Shown: positions 11,887 through 25,228 of the stretch, one piece after another
Layout: each line of letters starts with the position of its first letter
Numbering within the stretch: the stretch's first letter is position 1
Assembly: GCA_000697335.1 (NCBI GenBank)
Contig: JNEM01013732.1
Span: 62,001-94,278 of the forward strand
Direction of reading: 5' to 3'
DNA length: 32,278 nt
From: Conidiobolus incongruus B7586
Taxonomy: Eukaryota
Made by a program: the position numbers and the translations under genes
Notes under the pieces: model-generated
What the model was told of the DNA's origin: nothing
Database searches by the model: none
The model's input: only the letters and a program-made list of their open reading frames with translations

Positions 11887-13983
11887 AATTTAAATAATCA
11901 AAGTGATGATTATTTATTGGGTTATCTTAATCTAGCATATATAAATATTAATAGTAGAATTCTTAAAGATTCGAAATTAAAGATTAACGTTAGAAAGATA
12001 TTATCAAAAATTAATTCAATAATAAATAGCTTGTACATAACAATTTTTTAATTTAATATTTCAAAAGCAATTATTATTACACAGTATTTAATTTTTCCCG
12101 ATTGAAATTTTTTTGTCAATTTTTTTCTGAGAAAATTGATCTTTAATGTCACATTTTGAATAAAGATATATTTAATTACAGTTATTTTATTAATTTAATA
12201 TTTCTTTATGAATAGGTATAGATTTAAAGTGCTATCAAAATCCAAAATAAACAAAAAATATGATATAATGTACCTGATAATATTTTTATGATAACATATC
12301 AATATATTTGATTCCTAAAATAACCTCAATATTATATATTAAAATGAATACCAATTCTTGACATTTTATTGTCTAATATTTCAAATATGCCACCTAGCGA
12401 AATAGCTTAATGGTCATGAATGTGCCTAGTATCATTTAGTGAAATTGCTGAAGTTCTTTAATTCCACTTGTGGGATCTAAAATATATTTAAATTTCATTG
12501 TAAAAAAGATTAACTTTTGATAATTCAAATTAAATGTGATATGTTAAAATTCCTGTTTATTCATTTAATTATTTATCAAACAACATTTTTTATAAAATAT
12601 TGAAAATAATACTTGATATATATTTAACAATGAAAATTGAATTTGATGAGTTATTGATTATGATTATATAGTATGTCTATGATAATAATATAAAAAATAT
12701 AATGAATATATATATACTAAATTATCTGAATTAATTAAATAACTACTACAAAATAATCCCTTAAATATTTTATATAGGGAGTTCTTTCTAATAAGTGGTT
12801 AAAGGTATTAAGAATACTAAATCAAAATAAATTGCTTTGAATTTTAAATTATATAATTTTTATTTGATTTTTGAGGTCTATTTATTGTGAAATGAATGGT
12901 TAGTAAAAATAATACATTTTGAATTATGATAGATTAAGAATAATTAAAATAAACATGATAATATAATGTAAATAATTTACTTATACAAATCAAATAATCG
13001 AATTAATTAGGAAAAAAAATTAAATTTGAATTTTATTCCTTAGGCTAGACTATCATATAATATAATTAATATCGTATAATAATTCATATCATCTAATTGA
13101 TATATAATGAAATAATAACTTAATTGTACTATTACTATACTATATAATTTTCAATTATTAAATTTATTATTTTAATTTTTAATAGCTATAATGGCAGATT
13201 TATAATAATTACAAATTAACAAAAATTCCAAAATATATCGTTAATTTGTTTATTATAGGTTAATAAAATTATTACAATTAATTCGCTGACTTTTTCTTTT
13301 GTAAACATCGAAAAATATTTTGATACAAATATAAACAAAAATTTTAAATAATATTATATTAGAGTAAATGAGAAAAGGATTTCGTAATAATATATTATTT
13401 TGATATTCCTTTAATTTGAGGAATTATTTGCAAAAAAATTAATTTAAAATTTAATGAATTATAAAAACTGAATTTATATAAATATATGAAATTAAATATC
13501 TTAATAATAAATTAATTATCTTTATTACTAAACATAGGAGAATAAAATGATATTAGTGTAATATTATCCATTATTATTGCTTAATATTTATTGATTAAAG
13601 TTTTTAAAATTGAAAAATTTTATAAAATATTGAATCAGATTAAAATTTTAATTATATTTGAATATCATTGCTATATGATATATTGTTCTATAGTTACTTT
13701 GTATAATTAACCTTTATTTCCCAATTATTTTAATGTGTTTTATTAAATAAGTTTTAAAAGATTTAATTTAAATTCATTGAAAATAATTTTCCATTTTAAA
13801 AAACTGATGTTATATATATTGATATTTATTAAAAATAAGAAAATATATATTTTAGTAATGAACTTTACCTATCAAATTCCTACCAAGTTATTCTTTATAT
13901 ATTTATCTTTTTATTTCAATTTATCCACAAGTTACCTCTTATCCTATTTTCCCTCAAATTCATCAATTCTTATTCCAATATAT

Positions 13984-14317
13984 TATCACGGGCCGGAGGA
14001 CCCGTTCGTCCTTAACAATTCAATTCATTAGAGAACCCCGTCACAGATCCACCTTCAACGTGACCACAAAATACACCTGAGCAATGCAATCAATCGTTCC
14101 ATCCGACGTACGGTTCGTACGCTGGGAAGATACGTCAAGCAAACTATAAATATGCCAACTACAACCAAGTTATCACGTCGGTTCTCGTCCTAGGATACAG
14201 CCCAATAATCCAGGTTAAATAATAAATTACCCCTTTTATATCACCAAACAGGTGTCGTCCCGGAAGACGACTATTTACTTAAAAGTTATTGGACACTTAA
14301 CTTCCCAGTCAGTGTCA
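13984..14317 (+). mobile_element. Solo-LTR-like element of a diverged related family (334 bp)
   Basis: GC-rich island starting TATCACG and ending GTGTCA, flanked by ATAT (13980-13983, 14318-14321). TATAAATA at 14145 and AATAAA at 14221 have the same spacing as in copy 1. Terminal GGACAC...TCCC...GTGT hairpin as in the other two copies. Confidence 0.62.
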
Positions 14318-15442
14318 ATATGAAGGAGCAAAACCACACTTTTCTACCAAAAGGAAATTAGATCGAAATCTTTATAATTAAATTTGAATTAAAAGCTCTA
14401 AATAAACCATATTCAAATATTGTAAGGTATCAGCACTTGAGCTTAACTCAAAATAATTAACACAGTTTCCAACACTCGGATAATATATTATCCATACTTT
14501 ATGGATTTTAATATTATTGTAAATTTTAATTACAAGTTTTGATGAGAGTTTATTGAAATCCACATATATAATATATTTATATCACCATTATAATTTTCCC
14601 TTTTAAATCTAAATTTTCCTATTTTATTCTATCAATTAAATAATTTTTCAAATTTAATATAATTCTCAAAAATTTATTATTGATAAATATGAATAGTTAA
14701 TGAAATATATTAAAATATGTTTTTATATTTATTATTAATTCTAAAATTAGAATTATATCTTTATAATATTTCGTAATTTTAAATATAAAATTATACTATA
14801 AATTTAATAATATTTTAGATTTTATATTATATTTAATATTTTATCATCTTTTGAAGACCTTGTTAAATTGTTCAAACTCTATAATATATATGAATCAATG
14901 CTTTGTTTGTATATATTTCAGAAAAATGAGTTAGTCTAATATATTCAATATCAGAAAAAACATATAATTAGAAATATTAAGCTAAAAAAGAGGAATATTT
15001 ATTGGTATTTTTCTTAGATATATATAGTACAAACAGTGTAACATGAGTTGTAATATAAATCCAATTTTAATTTAATTATAAAAATTAATTTTTTCAAAAT
15101 AATATATTATGAAAAACCAAAAATAAAAGGTAATTATTATTTTAAAAAGGCAAAAGTATGAATTATTTAATTTAATTCAGAATAATGATAAAAATCATTA
15201 TTTAAAACTATATTAATTATTTAATTACTATAATTGCATTTTCAGTTTCATTAGTTTCTATAGTAAATACAATCAATATATAGATTATTAAATTAAAAAT
15301 GATTTATTAATTTTTATTTGGATACTAATTCAAAATATTAATTACTGATGAATTTAATGATTTTAGTTAAATTTCCAAAAATCATAAATCAAAAAAGCTA
15401 TTCATTCAAACATTTATACTTATATTATTACCAGTATTATTA

Positions 15443-16623
15443 TTCTGTATTTTTAATAATGGGAATTTTTTACAATTAAAGATAAATAAATAAATATTTT
15501 AATATATAATATATAAAATTAAATATATAATATAAATTTAATAGTTTCTTTTACTATTAATAACTTTTTGTTATATTTTTAACAAAGATCTAACATTTAA
15601 AAAATAATTCTTTTTATTAAAAACTAAAATTTAATGTTTTATAAACCAATTAAATTTTCCTGTAGAAATTTTCTTTCTTGTAAGCTAGTTTTTTAATTGC
15701 TGAAAGTAATTATAATTATATAAGTTATAATTTAAAGAGTATACTAGATATAATATTTTTTTCTAGTTATTTTTAATTAACAAGTTTTTTATAACTTTAG
15801 ATTTATGTATTTTACAATTGTTATATAAAATAATAGGTTTTCTCAAATTATATTGAGAACACTAATTAAAAATACTATAATTTAAAAAAACAATATAAAA
15901 TTTATTATTAATTGATTTTCCTTTAAGAATTAAATAAATATAGTATATACTATTATAATCTATTATAATAATTAACATTCACTTATTAACAAAATATTTA
16001 TCTAAAAGGATTTGTAAAAAAGGTTAATTTAACTTAATTTAACATTTTAAATAGTGTTTTAATAAAGGGATTATATATAAAAATTTAACATTCATCAATT
16101 ATAGCTATTTATTGTAAAAGTTTAAGCTTATAATAATATTTTAGTAAGTTTTATTTAACAATAACTATTTTACCTTTTTTTAAACTTTAATTAAATTATA
16201 AGGTATTTATTTTATATTTTTATTTATTAATTTGAGTTTAAGCTTTAATATATATAAAATACTTATAAAACTAATATTAAAATATTTAAATAATTCTTTA
16301 ATTAAAATAATAAGGTGCTTTTCAATAAATTTTTTCATTTTATTAACAATTGAAAAAATAACAATTAAAATTAATTTTATAAATTTTAACAAGTTTTAAA
16401 TAACTTCTCTTTTAGCTTTAAAGTAATTTACCTAGTAATAAATTATTAATTTAAATAATACTTTATTATTAAAAGCTATTTATAAATTTTAAATAATTTT
16501 AAAAAGCTTATAGTTAAGTTTTACTAATATTAAAATAAAAGACTTTTGATGATTATTATTTAGTTTAAGTATAATTAAATTAAATAACCAATTTTAAAAA
16601 GTTAATTTTTTAATCAAAAAAAT

Positions 16624-16663
<40 letters not shown>

Positions 16664-16766
16664 TATATAATTTCCTATTAACTTTGTATATATTTATTCA
16701 TTTCAAACTAATAATATATTTGAAAAATCAGAAATTAAAAAATTTCCCATTATTTCAAATTCAATA
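15443..16766 (-). mobile_element. Degenerate mariner (DD34D-type) DNA transposon, copy 2 (~1.32 kb)
   Basis: TIRs TTCTGTATTTTTAATAATGGGAATTTTT / AAAAATTTCCCATTATTTCAAATTCAATA, with TA at 15441-42 and 16767-68. The minus strand reads K*IPYNL, IAIIDEC*I (GATGAA at 16091-16096) and PIILYNNCKIHKSK...YLVYSLNYNLYNY. These back-mutate to KWIPHNL, IxTIDExW and LHDNCKIH...HPAYSPDYNPCDY, with exactly 34 codons between the second and third Asp. Confidence 0.85.
16627..16656. repeat. (TA)15 microsatellite inside mariner copy 2
   Basis: Perfect TA run; the equivalent tract in copy 1 (~9458-9469) is shorter. Confidence 0.9.
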
Positions 16767-17919
16767 TAATATTTTCTATAGCAATATAAAACTCACATTG
16801 TAATAAATATGTGATTAAGGATTTAAAAATAACTCAGTATTTTATTACTATATTACAGAATATTATTATTGCAAAAGTAATTATTTGTATAGAGTTATTA
16901 TAATTATATTCACAGATAATTAGGTTTGAGTTTTAATATATTTGAATTAATAATTTGAAATATTCCTTTGGTTAAATTGATGTTAAAATATTACTTGGAT
17001 AATGAAACAATTGGATTTCAAATTTTTATACAGTTCTTTAAATTATATATTAATATTCAAAATATTTATTTGATAATTAATTTTCTAGCAAAAAATAAAT
17101 TATATCTCATAATCTTATTGATAGTTAATAAATTTAAGAATTTGAAGATAAATTAATTATTTATAAAGTGAAATACATTGGAAAAATTGGATTAGCTTGA
17201 TGAATTTTTATATCATATAATATTGTATAAATGCTCTAAAAGTTACTGCATATTTAACAATACTGATAAAAATATTTCGGTATCAAAATAATAATATCTC
17301 TATCATGTAAAAAAGTCTATAGTAGATCAAATTTAAATAAAATTAGGAACAATTCATATATATAAATATTTGAAAAAAATCGAAATATCGACAAAATAGA
17401 TATAATTTTAGCGAAATGGATTAATTAAATATATAATATATTGTATTGTTTTAAATATGTGATTAATTTAAAAATTTATAAAATTTTAAAGTGAATGAAT
17501 TAAATTGATATTAATTATAGTTTAATAACTGATAAATTTGTTATATTTATCTAACAATTAAACAGCTTTAAAAAGGTTAAAAATGGTTATTTAGTCAATA
17601 TCATATATAATTATAGTAATTAATATTTTATCACCTTTACAAAGTTTTAAAATAAAATAAAAAAACTTAATATAATAGCTATTTAAATTCTCATGAAGGT
17701 AAAACTTGATTTAATTCAATAATTGGAGAGATATTTATAGTTTTTGAGATTCGATAGTTGTTCATATATTATATAGTATTATATTCATCCATTCAAATTA
17801 ATATCTCAAAATATAATCAAAATAATAATTTTAAAAAACATATTATCAAGATTCTGAAGTTAAATTTGCTATTTGATATTTGCCAAAATCAATTTTAAAA
17901 TTATCAAATCTATATTTTA

Positions 17920-17922
<3 letters not shown>

Positions 17923-17950
<28 letters not shown>
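17923..17950. repeat. (TA)14 microsatellite
   Basis: Perfect TA run. Confidence 0.9.
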
Positions 17951-17957
<7 letters not shown>

Positions 17958-20276
17958 AATTTAAAGGACACATTTATATATTCAAATATTCTTGTATTGT
18001 TTTTGAAGGTATAATATTTTACAGATATATCGGTTAAATAATTGATTGGAATTATTAAAAATAATTTCTTTGCTCATTAAAAAATTATTATAGCTAACTT
18101 TATTTACAGTTATATGATTTAATAAATCAGCTAATTAAATATTTACATGAATTAATGTATAGTAAGAATGGTAAAGTTGAAAAGAATAGGTTAAAGTTAT
18201 TGAATAATAGTTTTATTGAAATTATATTTTAGTCATAAATTTGTCATTTAAATTATGATATCTCGAAAATATCATTATTAAAATAATTATTCAATTTGAA
18301 ATATTGTATCTATATATTGAAAGGATAGTATATATTAATTAAGGTAATTAACCTTATTACTACTCAATAGCCAGAATAAATTAATTTAAATATAATCATA
18401 TTCATAAATCTTAAATTGATTCATTTGAGTACAGTGATTTTATTTTTTTAAATGAATTAAAAAAATTGTGAATATTATAATTCAGTTAACTGTTAATCTC
18501 ATCCACAGTATTTTACAATATCCTATTATAACAGTTATTCCTGAAGATTGTGGATTGAATTAACTATATTCCAAGTATATTTAGAGATATTTTCACATAT
18601 TGTTCCTTGCAAATAATTATATAAAATATTAAAAGAGTTTTACTACTTTGAATTAACTTTAACCGATAATCGTCAAATCATTTTAATTAAACAAAGCCAT
18701 ATTTGATATGATATCATTAACAAAGAACTATCCCAATTTTCTTTAATATATTCTGAATGTAAATGAAGAATGATTCTACTAAATGGTTCAAAGTATTGTA
18801 CTCAATCTATGGAAATTTGATTGATTAATGTTGTTATATTATAAATGATTATTCAAAATTAAATCAATATTATTCTTGATTATAATTAAAAGTAATTTGG
18901 TATATAATTCAAAATTCATCAATTAGCGTTGAAATTCCACCATGGAATTTTTACATTAATATTTTGAGGCTTAATGAGAATTTTTAAAATGTACAAAAAC
19001 AAAATATTTTTATGGATACAATTTAAAAATACTTTCAGCTCTAGATTTACAACTGATATACTGCTATATTCAATTAGATTGATAGATTGGAGATTATTCT
19101 AAAATTTTTATTGGAACAATGATAATATTCCAATATTCCATAAAATATTAATAAAATTTTATAATACAAGATATGAAATATAAGTAACATATAATCATCA
19201 AAATAAAAGTTAATAATGCAAAATAGTTGAAACCCAATCCACTTGATCTAAGAATTTTCACCCAATTTTTTTAAAAACTTTACTAGCATTGAGAATATTC
19301 TGAATTAAATTAAGAATATTTTTATTTTATGGATCTAAAGGATTTAAAGTTGAGGTGTGTTTAACATTTAATTATTCATAATGAATATTAGTTTTTTGTA
19401 ATATATTTCACAAGAATTTAATGTTGAAATATATCATTTATTGTATATGTTATTTTTTCCAGCATAAATGGTATCAAATAATATCATAATTATTCTACTA
19501 AACTATTTAATATATCAGAAAGTTTTCAAATATCTTAGTTACCATATACTAAAATAAAATATCAATTATTGAAATTCGTCCCAAAAATTGAAGAGAGATA
19601 TATTATTTGAATTTAGATTTTTCAACAATACCCAAATGTGGATAATAAAAAATTTGTTAAATTACCCCCATTTTGAATTATTTTAAAGCGTTAAGTTGTT
19701 GAGTGTTATTAGCCTCAATACTATATAATTCCTGAGTTTATTTGAAATTACATGATAATTTAGGAAAATTATATATACATATCTATTATATAATGAACTA
19801 TATAGTTGATCCAAAATATATTCTTTACAAAAAGTTATAATACTGTAATTAATATATACCAAGTAGAGTTTAAAGAGTAAATATCAATTTTATATTATTT
19901 CATTTAATATTAAAAAACATTTATTTTATTAAAATCAACTTCAAACATTAATATTTATGAAATCGAATAATAATGATACTCATTATAATTAGACTTATCC
20001 ACCAGAAAAACCGTTATTCAGGTGAAATGGTCATGGTAAAATCAAGTTTTATTTAGAGTACAATGGGAACTAAATTTAAAGCTGATCCAAATATTCAAAG
20101 AACCTACCTTAAATTTATAATTTATTATGCAAACTCAAATATTTGATATTATCCATCATAAAATTACTCACTGTATTGTAGAATTACGTGAATTGAACCT
20201 AGTATTTGTGAGAGGAATTTGCTACGAAATTTTTAAAATTGACATTTGTGAGAATTTTCATATAGATAAGATTCAA

Positions 20277-20283
20277 TATATAA
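20277..20283 (+). promoter_or_regulatory. Candidate TATA box of the 20340 tyrosinase
   Basis: TATATAA ~57 nt upstream of the ATG. Similar motifs lie ~65 nt upstream of the 28148 ATG (28213-28219, -) and ~76 nt upstream of the KEP ATG (1966-1973). Weak evidence in such AT-rich DNA. Confidence 0.3.
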
Positions 20284-20339
20284 GCTATGTAAAGATTATG
20301 AATGAATAGTCATCACTTGAATATTATTAATTCCTAAAT

Positions 20340-21491
20340 ATGAAGCTTGAATTATTCGGATTAGTCTCTCTTTTACAATTTTCCACCGTCTTCGCCCAAT
20401 GTGACTCTATTCGCAGTAGACCTAACATTCATAAGATGTCTGATACCGATCGTAATAAGTTCATTAACGCCATCAAGCAAGTAAACTCTGGCCCTAGGCC
20501 TACTAAATGGGATCGTATTGCTCAAAAGCACGTTCAATACTTTGACCAAATTCATGGTAATTCCCGTTTCTTCGCCTGGCACCGTTTTTATTTGCACGAA
20601 TTAGAAACTGAATTAAGACGTATTGACCCAACTATTCGTATTCCTTACTGGGACTGGACCGTTTATTACAACGATATGGACAAGGATCCCATCTGGCAAT
20701 GGTTCGGCAAAGGTGGTAATCCCAACCAAGGATACTGTGTTACTCAAGGTCCATTCGCAGGATTCCAATCCTACTATTATGCTAATCCCAGCCAACCTGC
20801 TGCTCCTCACTGCTCCAGACGTGATTCTAGGATCCCCAAGACTTTTACAGGAAGAAAAGAAGATATTGAACTCAATGTCATCGATACTCCTAATGTTGAT
20901 GCCTTCTGGAGAAATATGGAATACGGTGCCCATGCTACAGTGCACAATGGTATCTCTTACGATTTTGCTAACAAAGCCAGTCCCAATGATCCTATCTTCT
21001 ATCTTCACCATGCTTTTGTTGACAAGATCTGGTTCGATCGTCAAATGAAGCATAAAGAATGGTTCAGATCATATCCTGCTGGCAACACTAATTTACCTGG
21101 ATATACTCAAAAGGTTGAAGATGCCTTTGATCCTACCAAGCTTTGCTATACTTACGAAGAAGACAACTTTAAATGGACTCCTACTCCCAAGGCTAGAATG
21201 AGCACATTTGAGAAGCAACCTGAGCCTTTTGTTCCTTTGGCTCCTCCAAATGCTCGTCTTTCTGATGATGTATTCCTCGATTATGCTAAAGAATACGTCC
21301 TTAAAGATATCTTATTACCCTCTAACGTTACATCCGATAAAGTTAAGCCAGGTTGTGAATTGTTGAATGTTCCAGAACCCGTTCGTATTGAGTTGATCAG
21401 AATGATGAACTATGATGAAGCTGAAGTACGAAAAATTGAAAGAAGATCTGCTTTAATGGTTGATCAACATAATAGACAGTGTTTAATTTAA
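20340..21491 (+). CDS. Secreted tyrosinase-family / type-3 di-copper oxidase (383 aa, intronless)
   Basis: Signal peptide MKLELFGLVSLLQFSTVFA. CuA H64-H72-H81 (HVQYFDQIHGNSRFFAWHR), PYWDW motif, CuB H198-H202-H224 (HATVH...SPNDPIFYLHHAFVDKIW), and a C-terminal extension ending IRMMNYDEAEVRKIE...CLI. Confidence 0.96.
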   Translation: MKLELFGLVSLLQFSTVFAQCDSIRSRPNIHKMSDTDRNKFINAIKQVNSGPRPTKWDRIAQKHVQYFDQIHGNSRFFAWHRFYLHELETELRRIDPTIRIPYWDWTVYYNDMDKDPIWQWFGKGGNPNQGYCVTQGPFAGFQSYYYANPSQPAAPHCSRRDSRIPKTFTGRKEDIELNVIDTPNVDAFWRNMEYGAHATVHNGISYDFANKASPNDPIFYLHHAFVDKIWFDRQMKHKEWFRSYPAGNTNLPGYTQKVEDAFDPTKLCYTYEEDNFKWTPTPKARMSTFEKQPEPFVPLAPPNARLSDDVFLDYAKEYVLKDILLPSNVTSDKVKPGCELLNVPEPVRIELIRMMNYDEAEVRKIERRSALMVDQHNRQCLI

Positions 21492-22604
21492 TTTTACCAA
21501 CTTTAATAGAATAAAATTTTTTTTTCAAATATATAATATAAATAATTTGAACTATATCTTTGTTTTATGATAATAATTTTTCAAAATTTAATAAATTTTA
21601 ATCTTTGAACCTTTCAAGGATAATTATATATACACTTATTTTACCTTTAATTTCTATAAGAATAAAATAATTCAATTTGATCCTACTTTGATATCTGTTG
21701 AGAAATATTAACTGAAAATCAACTCATTTTGATAAAGAATATTGAATTTTTCGTATATATATGTCTATCCAATATATGAAATAAATTTATAATTCCGAAT
21801 TTGAAACAATAATATTTATCAAAAAAAAACAATTTTCAATTTATGAGTTATAATGCATTCAAATAATATTATTTTTAATTAAATCATTTTAACTCACAAG
21901 TTGTTATTTCAATCAACAAAGTAATGAGTAAATTGGAAATTTTTATTGATATCAGGTAAATTGAAAATATTTTAATATCAAATTTAATTAACCAAATGGG
22001 TTTGTATATTCTTTCAAGTAGAATAGTTAATGATGCAACTTGATTATCAGAAAAGTGTTAAATTCCTCTGATCTCTCTAATCCACTGATAAGATTTTCTG
22101 TTTAATCCATCTTAACTTATTTTTAATAAAACCCTATAGAGTGAAAAAAAATTCATAAGGAAAATTAAAGTTTATTTTTCAGTTTAGAGCCTAAAGAATA
22201 TTCAATTAGATAATATAAATATTGTAATAATCACATGATAACCGGTTTAGTAATTTTTCATATTGTAAAAATTTATGTAATAAATTATTAATAGTATTTG
22301 ATTAAAAATAAAATGATATAAAAAGGTTTAAATTGATATTTTATTCCAAAATATCTTATTAAACAATTTCTGTTCTAACTTATATAAATATATCTACCAT
22401 CCCCTCTTTACATTCTATTCTCATTTGATAATATTTCATTATTTTAATATTGTTAAATGATATAGTATTTGAAAAATTTCAAGCTCACATATTGGTTTTA
22501 GAAGCAAATTGACAAATCGTCATGTAAAATCAATTATTTTAACAAAGTAAAATTCTTGATTATTTAGCACAGAATGAGATAATTTTTTAGATGGAATATC
22601 AAAA

Positions 22605-23260
22605 TCATATGGAATTAATGACATGATTGAAATTAGATTTTGTAATTGACGTGAGTTTGATACCTAATTCATTTTTGGTTGCTTTGTAAAAGTTATATTT
22701 CTCATAATTATAGCAATGCTTAATTGTGTTCAACAAGTTTGAGGTTTCATCAAGTCCAAATGTGGTTTTCCAATCCTCAATAGGGAATAAACTAAACAAT
22801 TTGGATCATTATCTGTGATTATCCTATTAGATCTTATTTGTAAAAGCTTGATGAAGACTAAATAGATAATCAACAGAGCTACTCTCCAAAGCCTCAAATC
22901 AATACCGACATTAACAAAATTATAACGGTTTTACTGCCTTTCCTTCAAAAATGAGGTAATTGTTTGCATTGGTAGTATGACTATCAATATAATCATAATA
23001 TCCAATGAAAGTTTCTTGAAATGTGTAAATTTTAGCATAGCAGTGATCTTGGGGTTTAATATTCAAAGGATGATAGTACTAGCCAATAAATTCTTCAGAT
23101 TTGCCATCAAAAATTCAATTACTAAGCTGATACTCATCAGAAATTGAGTTGCTATATATTCCAATATTATCATATAGTTTATTCTGCCATATTTTGATAA
23201 TGGAAGATTTATTCATACTCAGAAAATTCTGATATAAACTTTGATTTTCCTTATCTCGGA
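22605..23260 (-). pseudogene. Possible decayed protein-coding gene, family unknown
   Basis: One minus-strand frame runs ~110 codons (RDKENQSLYQNFL...HPLNIKPQDHCYAKIYTFQETFIGYYDYIDSH...) with only two stops, followed by the 64-aa ORF 22605-22799. GC is above background; no known motif recognised. Confidence 0.4.
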
Positions 23261-25228
23261 TCCAAACATATATAGTCAATATCTATTTCAAGAGAAGAAA
23301 ATCTCATAATCATGAATTCTTGACATAATTGAAATGATTCTGACTGATAAGCTCATATTCATTATTTATTGGTCAAGTACAAACATATTTAATATTTATA
23401 ATACATCCATTTTTGCCTTCAAAAGACCTTATATAAGTATTAGGATTTCAAATTACATTAAACATTTCTTATATTATTATTAACAATATTAATATAATTA
23501 TTATGGTAAAATAAATATTATTTATTGTTTTAAATATGATTGAATGAATCAGTATCGACCAGTTATAAAGATTTTTCAAACTATATGCTTATTTAAATTT
23601 TAATATATATTTCATGAATATTCATTTTATATAGTCTTAAGTAAATATATTATATCATATTAATCGATCTAAATTTAATTATAAATTTATCAGAATTTTA
23701 TATAATATTGATCTAATTAATATATTACAGAGTATATTTGATTATAAATGAATATTTCAGAAATTTTTTTTTTTAAATTTAACTCTATTTTTAATATACA
23801 ATGACTAAATCTTAATATATTATAGAATTAATATTTTTTAATATTAATAGCTTTTTATATTTTGAGAAAATTCCTAACATCTAAAAAATAACTCTATACA
23901 TTAAATATTATATGATAATATTTTATATATTAAATTCATTTATAATATTTTTGTATGAGTATATTTTTGAATTACCTAAACCAATTATATTCATATAGAG
24001 AGTAATTCAATGAATATATTATATTTAATTACTTCTATCAATTACTTTAAATTAGAATATCTTTTATAATATTAATGCTATTAATTAATCATTGTTATAT
24101 TTTTAAATTATATTATTAAATTCATTATTAGTTTATTTAGTTTCAAAATTTGAATAAAAAACCATATATTAATATAATTTAGTTAAATAAATAATATTTG
24201 TCTAATAATAGAAAATTGATTTTTTGGATTTTATAAAAAGGATTATTTTATTTTGATTTAATAGTTTGCTTTATATTATAGACATATTATACAAATGAAC
24301 TTATAACTCATTAATTTTAATAATTTAATATAATAAACTGAGCTTTTAATAGGTTTTAGTAAATTTTATCTAACTAAAACTACTATAGCTATTTCTTAGT
24401 TTTTATTATTTTAAATTATACCATTTTAATATTTTTATTAATTAAATTAATTTTAAATTTGATCATAGAAAATTTAATAATTTAACCAATATTCTTATTT
24501 TTTGCTAAATTTTTAACTAAAAAAATATATAAATTTAAATATATATATATAATATAATAAATAATCTTGAAAAAATAATAAAAATTAATTTTTGAAATTT
24601 AATAGATTTCACAGAATTTCTAACTAAAGAATAATTAATCTAGTGATAAATTACAGATACAAATAAGGGATTATCTTAGTAACTTGTTAGTAGATATTAT
24701 ATGATTTTATAAGCTTATAATTGAATTTATAATTTTAAAATAAATATAATAATAATTAATATTATTATATTTAAAATTAAATTCAACATTTAGTTTTTAA
24801 AAGAAAAATATTTAAAAGAATATATATTTTATATCAATATATATTTAAAACAATATTTTTTCCTATATATTTAATATGTAATTTTTATTGTTTAATTAAT
24901 CAAATTTTTGAAAAATTAGAAAACTCAAAAATTTCATATTTTGTTAATTTTATAGTAAATTTAAATTAAATTTCCAAAAATTAATAAATTAAAAATGATT
25001 AAGATATGAATTTATATTTCAATCCTAATTATCTTTTTAATTCTGAAAAATAAATTATTCTTTGCCATATTCATATATATAAACAATACATACTATAAAT
25101 TTATTATAATTAGTTAATGATTGAATGAAATAGGTTTGATATCATCTATACCCAATTTATTTCAAGTTAGTCAATTAACTGCCCTTCATTCAAAATAAAT
25201 GATTTATTCATTTTATGAATTATGATAT

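Noticed and set aside
13777..17156. ORFs 13777-14031, 14378-14563, 16207-16392 and 16968-17156
   Set aside because: Chance ORFs in AT-rich or mariner-relic DNA.
18480..19320. Slightly GC-richer stretch resembling an eroded gene (e.g. LRR/F-box relic)
   Set aside because: I could not recover a consistent frame or motif by eye.
20127..21053. ORFs 20127-20309, 20373-20597, 20613-21053 and 20623-21048
   Set aside because: An upstream chance ORF and shadows of the tyrosinase CDS.
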